NCBI GenBank assembly: GCA_020891255.1
Contig: BQFW01000001.1
Location: 2,728,001-2,792,000, forward strand
Source: Entomortierella parvispora E1425
Taxonomy: Eukaryota > Fungi > Mortierellomycota
Direction of reading: 5' to 3'
DNA: 64,000 nucleotides
Part shown: positions 56,854-64,000 of the stretch, in pieces
How the letters are laid out: each line of letters opens with the position of its first letter
Position numbering within the stretch: the first letter of the stretch is position 1
Position numbers and translations under genes: made by a program
Notes under the pieces: generated by a model
Told to the model about the DNA's origin: nothing
The model's database searches: none
The model's input: only the letters and a program-made list of their open reading frames with translations

Positions 56854-58983
56854 ATGGACGCAACGACAGAAGCACCGGCCAACGCGCTCTCGGACCTGGA
56901 CCGATGCCTCCAGCTGCTGCGCCCAGGCACTCCAGACGAATCCAAGTTCATTGGCCTCACCCTCATGTCTGACCTGCTCCAGGTTGATCAGGATCCCTCA
57001 ACGATTGCCCGCTTCTTTGATAACATGGACTTTGCATTCTTGGACCGCATGCTTCAAATCGGTAAGCCGGATTGTTTTGTTTGTTGTCCCGTTGGATGGA
57101 CACGTTTTGTTGCTTGCAGCAAAGTTTGCCTTTTCTCTGATCTGTGCTTTTCTCCTTTATTTGGCGTAGAGGAAGACGCTGTTCCCAAGGACGCAGGGGT
57201 TGATGCCGCCACCATCCGCTCAATCGCCATCGACATCCTCACTTGCTTCTCGTCTCAGGGAGATCTTTTAATCAGGAAGGAATTCAAGGACAGGGTCCCC
57301 GCCATGCTCCGTCTCTTGTCTGCGAGGTAATGATGCGATGAGGCTGATCTTGCTTCTCGTGCGCCACCAAACCCGATCTGTCCTCCAGCTCGAAAACAGA
57401 GTCTTACCACCCCTTCTTGTACCTCATTGAAACCACTAGTGATACCACGGACAAGAGCAGCAAGATCCTAAAGATGCTGATCCGGATCTCAACATATCCT
57501 CAAATCGCCATGGTCTTGACCAACCCTCGTTACCAAAGCACCATCGTATCTTTTATTCTCTCGACTTTTGATCGGAAAGGTAAGCGTCCGTCACTCTATC
57601 CTTCAATCTATGGTAGCGGCTAGACTGATCTCAATGAACTCTCTTGTTAGATGAATCTCACAAGGACGCGATCATGGTATGCCAGCGCACTTTCCTCAAC
57701 ATCCAGGAAGGATATAAACAGAATGCGGACGCGGTATTACAAATCACCAAAGAGTTTCTTCCGATCGTCATGAACCAACTCTCAACAGCCTTCTGTCGTT
57801 TAAAAGAGACCCACAAAGCCGAGATCCTGCATTTGCTATCAGATTGCGTGGCGTACCTCCCAGAAACCTATATTCAACGACATGTGAAAGATTACCCATC
57901 AGAGACAAAGGCTTGGACAAAGAACTTGAAATCTGGACTTATTCAGCTACTGAGCACGAGACAAGGTAACATAGAGAAAACTTCACCCAACTTCATGGTA
58001 ACACCTACGAAGAAAAAAAAAGTTCAACCACACTGACCCTTTTGTCTGTGGTTTTTTTAGCTCCCGCCACCAGAGATGACTGTTTCAAATTGATTGGAGT
58101 ACTATTGCAAAGATTGGGACCAAGCTGGCTCTTCCCCGCTCCTCCAAGCAAAAAATCTACCATCAAAAAGCCATCCCCAGCCTCGCTTGCCGACTCGATG
58201 GAATCTTTGTCCTTGTCAGATGGTGAGATTGATAAGAAATTCGCTTCTCTGGTGGTTCATTTGACTTGTGTCGAGGTTCGAGTCCTTATGGATGAACTCG
58301 CCGAAGATATCTCGACCGGTACCCCATCCACCTCCCAGAGTGCTGACAAGGCGACATCATCAACAAAGGTCAGACGGGAGCAGGTCCTTCCGTTCGCCTA
58401 CGAGATTCTCGAAGTATCAATTGGGTACCTAGTCCGCATCTCTGAAGATGACGGGCCGGAATATGGCTTGTTTGACGCGACAGGATTGCTCAAGATCCAA
58501 GAGTCACTGCAGTCGACTTTTGCTGCCATTCTGGATTACCTACGGGATCTGCAGGTATGGTCTTCAGTTTCTAGCAATCTTTTCAATGGTAGAACCCGAC
58601 ATCGAGCGCTCACCATTGATTTCTTTTTTTTTTTTTTTTTTTTTTGATTTTTCTCTGTCCAGACTGGAGCAAAGCCTGAAGCACTGGCATCCAACATGAT
58701 CTACCTCGCATCTCTTCGGATATTGTCTGTCTGGCTTATGGAGGATGACTCTCTTCATGGACAAGCCTCCTACATTGTCCCCACTCTGGAGGCCGTCGTT
58801 CGCTACTGGTAAGGCTAATGAAATGACCCCGTTTCTCTTTGCATGTGGATATGACTGACTGACCGATCCCTTGTTTGCTGCGCCATTGTTCGCTCTAGTA
58901 AATCCAAGGCCTCACAAAAATCTCTCGTGCGGTTACTGGAACCGATCTTGGAGCGGTTTTACGAATTGTCTCTGGACGAGTAA
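56854..58983 (+). CDS. Neurochondrin-family ARM-like protein, multi-exon
   Basis: N-terminal LDRCLQLLRPGTPDESKFIGLTLM, FFDNMDFAFLDRML, LVVHLTCVEVRVLMDE and SLRILSVWLMED. Introns are GT-AG and the stop is at 58981-58983. Confidence 0.72.
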
Positions 58984-59045
58984 TTAAACAGATCTGAAAA
59001 AAGATTCATAAAAAAGCAAAACGTTTCCGTCTTGAGAAAAGCACT

Positions 59046-61763
59046 TTATTGGTCATAACGAACGCGCTTACGGCCAAGTGGCTGTGTAGGACGTTGAGCG
59101 GCGATTTGCGCTTGGTTCGACCTCGAGCTTACACTTTGAATAGTCCTGCCATCATTCAACAGCACTGCTACCTCCTTGGCCTCTTCGAATGCAGCTTCGA
59201 CACTCTCCCTCAGGTTCAGGAGGTCGTCTCGGAACTTTGTTTGATAGGTCGTATCAAACTCGGCCAGGGTATGCACCGTCTTTCGCAGACCGGCCTCAAA
59301 CTGTGATGCAAGAGCATCCGGTTGCATCGCGTTGTCACGAGTAGAAGTGTTCGTCTTTGGACCAAGTACTGCTTGAAAGGCCGCGCTCTCTTCGAAATCC
59401 TGGGCTGATAGGCGAATGGATTCGGCCATTCTGGCCTTGTGCTCAGCCATCTCCTGATTCATCTCCTGAGCCTTGGCAGCAACGGCGGACTGGACAAGGT
59501 TCTGTCGCTGAAGTCCTGCCACACTCAAGATGTGTTGATCCAATGACCATTGACCTTCCACTGCAACGCCTCCACATCGGACAGAATCGCTGCCAGACTT
59601 TTGCAATAATTCGTCCAATTTTTGTGCATCGACGGTAGGTGGCTTCAAGGCTACAGTCCTGTGGACAGAATGAAGGCGCTGCCTCTCTGTAGTCAGGTCA
59701 GTCAATGTTTTCCAGTCGTCTTCAGTAGTGGCCTCGAGTTCCTGTACCAGCGTCGATAGTTCACGCAGACCAGCTTGGATGTCCTCTGAAATGCTGTCCG
59801 AGACCTCCTGAGCAAGAGCAGGAACCCTTTCAAGATTCAGTCGAATCATCTCTAGCACCTTGATGACATTTTCTTGTTTTTGAGTCTGAAGAGCAATCGC
59901 AAACAGACAAACGTAGGTTAGAAGTCAGGAAAGAAAAAAAAAAAAAAAAAAAAAAAAACGCGCGCACTTTTTTACCATTCTTTGATCCATGGTGCGTGAA
60001 GTTTTGCTGAGCTGCTCCAGCCTTTCCCTTTGTTCGTCCACAGAAACTACTCTTTCGACCATGATTTCCTGTTCCGCTTGAATAAAATCAAGAGCTGCCT
60101 CAAGACCCTTCAATTTGGCCCTAGCCTCTTCAAGTTCCTGAGGAACGGCGTCTGCCTTGTTCTCCAATTCGCGATGGTGGGCTCGAGTTCTCATATTAGT
60201 GTATAATTCTTCCCTACGCTCTTCGCAGATCGCAATCCTGTTCATGACTTCATTTATCTGGGCTACCCTCTCATCGTGGTGCTCCCGAAATAGCTAGAAA
60301 AAAAAAGAGGTATTAGAGGCACTCCATTGATTTGCTCTCGAAAATATAGGAGAACCAGGAGTTAGGGTGTATTATGTATACCTTCAGAAGCTCGGTTGTC
60401 TCTCTGTCGGAAGGATGTCCAAGGGTTGCGGAGGCATCTTGATATGAAACATCTGTTAGGATGCTCAATTTGGATTCTTTTATCGATTCAAGCAACAGTT
60501 GGATGTTGCTCTGGTCGAGCTGCTTGACAAATCCCCGTACTGCTGAATTGGATGAAGTGTCCGCCGTGGTCCTGTTCCTAAGAAGAGATCATACTGATAT
60601 TAGTCCTAATCTGCCACCGGTTATCTCTCATTTTCTTTACAGGGCAGCCATACTCTAATACGATCTGCCTTGTCCGCTGAGATACTTCTTCCAAAGCTTT
60701 GGGTAGAGTAGCCTAAAACAAAATTGAGGAGATCGAGAAACTTCTGTTAAGAACCAATGATTCTAGAAGGGAAGGGCGATGCTGACTGGACTCGATGATA
60801 TACCTGTAATGAAGGCTTGGCAGTTGATTTGATGAATTGTAGGTTATGTTGAGACTCGGTTCCTTCGGTACGTTGGAACATCAAACGATATTCCTGCAAG
60901 ATGTCCTTTCTCTGGGCAGACTGTTGAATGTGAATTTTTTTCAATGTTGACAACTGCCTCTGTTGTTTGATCCGCTCCTTCATGTCGTCAATTTCCTGCC
61001 CTAATATGGTTCAAAAACGCAACGGCTCTGAATCAGAAACGACCCTTTTTGTTCTGCATCCAGGGCCCATCGTGCGGCTAACCATTTTGGTCAACTTTGA
61101 CCTCAACCTACGTTTCTTTGTGATGGAGAGTATTGTGTCCTGGCATTGCTTAGTCCTTTGTTGCCGTTCAATGTCCTTTGCCCGTCTGGATCGCGCTTTA
61201 GCTTCGCTCTGTCCCAGGTTCTCATTCTGGATTTGACGCGTTACTCTAAAGTGGAGGGTGTTAGAGCAGCTGTTTACCCTTGACACACCAAGGGTTCGTA
61301 CACGCATTACAGGCACTTACGACCGAGTCTTCAGGTTATTCATAAGGTATTCCAGAATAGGACCGCAGTGTCCGTCACAGAGGCTACACCGCGAGAATGA
61401 AGAGGTCAATGTCAGTGTCGTTGCTCCCTCCTTTCCATAAACTTATATCAAGTGACCTTCAGCGCGGTACCTGACAAGTGCCTGCGGAGTGAATTCGCCA
61501 TGGTCAGGATCGCCCTCTGAAGAGCGATCATGTACCCGGGAGCGAGCGCCGACCTCCAGATCGCTTCCTCTGGGGCGATAGTCCAACTCTGTTGTACTCC
61601 ATGCATAGACGCGTGGTGCCAAGGTCTCTCCGAATGAGGGCGGATCTTCCTGTGGGATTGGTTCCTGGGTCATGGGTGGCATCACTCGGGCCGTTGGCTT
61701 CCTGCGACTTGCGACAGATGCCAGGGTCTGGCGTGGTCTCTGGCGGTGTCCATGCGAGTCCAT
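59046..61763 (-). CDS. Multi-exon coiled-coil protein, putative augmin subunit HAUS5/Dgt5 homologue
   Basis: Exons 61763-61471, 61383-61321 and 61245-... splice to ...YAWSTTELDY...TPQALVSLCDGHCGPILEYLMNNLKTRSVTRQIQNEN, followed by long heptad-rich segments to the stop at 59046. Confidence 0.6.
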
Positions 61764-62012
61764 GTCTGGGGGTGAAGGTTGAATGGAAGCAAATAAAAGA
61801 AAAAAGAAGAGAATAAAAGAAGCGCCAGGGACAGTGGCTTTGAGCGGTGATTCGCCCGAAAAGGACATTCCTTGGATGGAAGAGAGACCGTTGGTTGCCG
61901 ATGCATGTCTTTTGTTCCTTTCTCTCCCTCTCCTTCCGCTGTTCCAATCTAATCGCATCCCTCACTGCCTCATCCCCTCTTCCCCTTTCCCTCCTTCTTC
62001 TTCTTGCTCATC

Positions 62013-64000
62013 ATGGACGACCCCTACGAGGACAGGTCCATGCCTGCTGACTATGGAAACAATGCCGACCTGGAGGATCTCGACCTCGAGGACATGAAGC
62101 CTCCCCAGCTGGATTACTACGCCGTCCTGAATCTGTCAAAGTCTGTGCGTGCCTCACTCCTCACTCCTCACCCCTTCTACTCAGTTTTTGCTGTTGTCCG
62201 GAAAGCTCCCACGGGAACTTTTTGCTTGCGCACCGACTGCACCTGACTAACCGCGTCGGAATTCTCTTGTTGTACATAACAATAACGCAGGCAACAGAGG
62301 ACGATATCAAGGACTCTTACAAACGACTTAGTAGAATCTTTCACCCTGACAAGCACAGTGATCCCACGTTGAAGAAGGCTGCAGAGACAAAGTTTCATGT
62401 CATCAACAAGGCCTTTGAAGGTATGCCTAAAAGAAAAAGATGGATCAAAAATCAGATCTCCTCATGACCTTGGCAACTAATTCAACTCTCTGTCTGATTA
62501 GTTTTGAGCAACCCTCAACTCCGAGCTGCTTATGACGAATATGGCGAGGAAGGACTGAACACAAAGTGGGAAGTGGGACACAGGATCAAGACCCCTCAGG
62601 AGGTAACGATGACTTGATGACAGACCGGACGATCTACCCAACATCTGCCAACGGCTAATTCAAAAACATCTTGTTCCCTGTTTACAGCTCAGAGAGGAAT
62701 ACGCTCGTCTTGCAAGGGAGAAGAAGGAGATGGAACTGGAGAGTTTGGTTCGATCCAAGAATGACATCACCATCAATGTGAACGCAACCCGTGTTTTCAA
62801 GGGAGAGGAGATTCTCTCTCCTTTTGGGGGCACTACTTTTGCCAAGCAGTCTTCAGGAGGATATTTGAGCGCGCTCAAAAGAATGCAGATCATGCAACTT
62901 TACATGAAGAACTCTTTTGAGGTAAACGATATTGGGCTTTTTTTTTTTGACAGTGGAATACGGCAGATGGTACAGAGTTTTACTCACCTTTTTTTTTTTT
63001 TTTTTTTTGGTCAATTTATAGACTCCATTTGGAGCTAGGACCCAAATGATTGTGGGCGGACAGATGACAGCAAGCTCAGGCATGGGAGGAGGAAACGTCG
63101 TCGGTACTCTTCGTCACAGCTTTTCTCAGAACCTGAACGTTGAGGTAAATTCTCCTTGATTATGAAATGGACTCTGAGGACTGAAATCAGGAGCTTTTGG
63201 AAATAACACAATATTGGCAAATTATAGGTTGGCTCGTCCTTGCTCAACCCCAGGATTGGTGTGCTCAAGGGAACGTATTCAATTGATCCCCTGACTTTTA
63301 TTACTGGAACGGCCCAAGTCAGACACTTCAACGCGCCTGCTCCTCTTGTTTTGACTTTTGGACGAAAAATCACCCAAAAGGCCACAGGATACATGACCTA
63401 CCGCACCGGAGAATGGGCTATTGGATCATGGGGGCCTGTTTTCGACAGGCGTCGAGACTTCTCCTCTTTGGCCCTTGGCTTCAGCTCGCAGGACGAAAAC
63501 GGAAGTTCCCAGGCCGAAATCCAGACTGGAATCATGCAGTCTCATCTTTCTGTTGATCACACCTGGACCTTGGATAGCTCAACAAGAGTCCGTGTAGGAG
63601 GAAGTCTTTCAACCACTGCAGGAATTAATGCCAGCATTGGAGGCGATCGTAAAATCACTGAACATACTAAGGTCGGATTAGCCGTAGAGTTTGGACTCTC
63701 TGGAGGCGTTGCCTTCAACATCAAGTAAGAGATCGTTTCGATGGTGCAACCGTGTACGTTGTTATCCATGTGAGCCCCTTCTAACCTTTGATGACCATTC
63801 TAGGGTCAAGCGTTTGGGCCAGAGTTTGACGATGCCCATTGTGCTTGCTTCCGAGTTTAACCCACGACTTGTTCTCTGGGCAACAATTCTTCCCCTCTGC
63901 GCCGTCACAGCTCTGGATATGGGATATGCAAAGCCAAAGAAGAGACGCGAGAGACAGGCCAAACTTAAAGAACTTCGGGAAGTTCATGCCGAGTTTATTG
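62013..64000 (+). CDS. DNAJC11: DnaJ homologue subfamily C member 11, multi-exon, truncated by the window end
   Basis: J-domain DYYAVLNL...IKDSYKRLSRIFHPDKH...AAYDEYGEEGL, then WEVGHRIKTPQELREEYARL and beta-rich segments, with KRLGQSLTMPIVL near the window end. Confidence 0.88.

Noticed and set aside
1-64000. tRNA, rRNA, CRISPR arrays, intact transposons or LTRs
   Set aside because: No cloverleaf with A/B boxes, no rRNA-like sequence, no repeat-spacer periodicity, and no transposase, RT or terminal repeats seen by eye. tRNAscan-SE and RepeatModeler were not run.

Overview
Gene-dense fungal genomic DNA with spliceosomal introns (GT..AG, CTAAC/CTAAT branch points, poly-T/A tracts). The gene content and style suggest an early-diverging fungus such as Mortierellaceae, which is an inference. 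Recognisable housekeeping genes are RPL37, RPL30, a mitochondrial set (FMP25-like RCC1 protein, bL21m, PAM17, GGC1, DNAJC11), a cytochrome P450, a stand-alone ABC ATPase, a CCCH zinc-finger protein, an F-BAR/RhoGAP and a neurochondrin-like protein. These are interleaved with accessory blocks at about 8-10, 13-26 and 47-52 kb. The blocks hold eight F-box/LRR-like loci from three subfamilies in different states of decay, plus a tandem pair of ORFs built from an unrecognised ~120-aa repeat carrying a CxCxxCxxW motif (best candidate for something undescribed). Two spliced genes look like unannotated distant homologues of SLX4IP and augmin subunit HAUS5. I found no tRNA, rRNA, CRISPR array or intact transposon. 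Exon boundaries were read by eye and homologies come from memory, so all need database confirmation.
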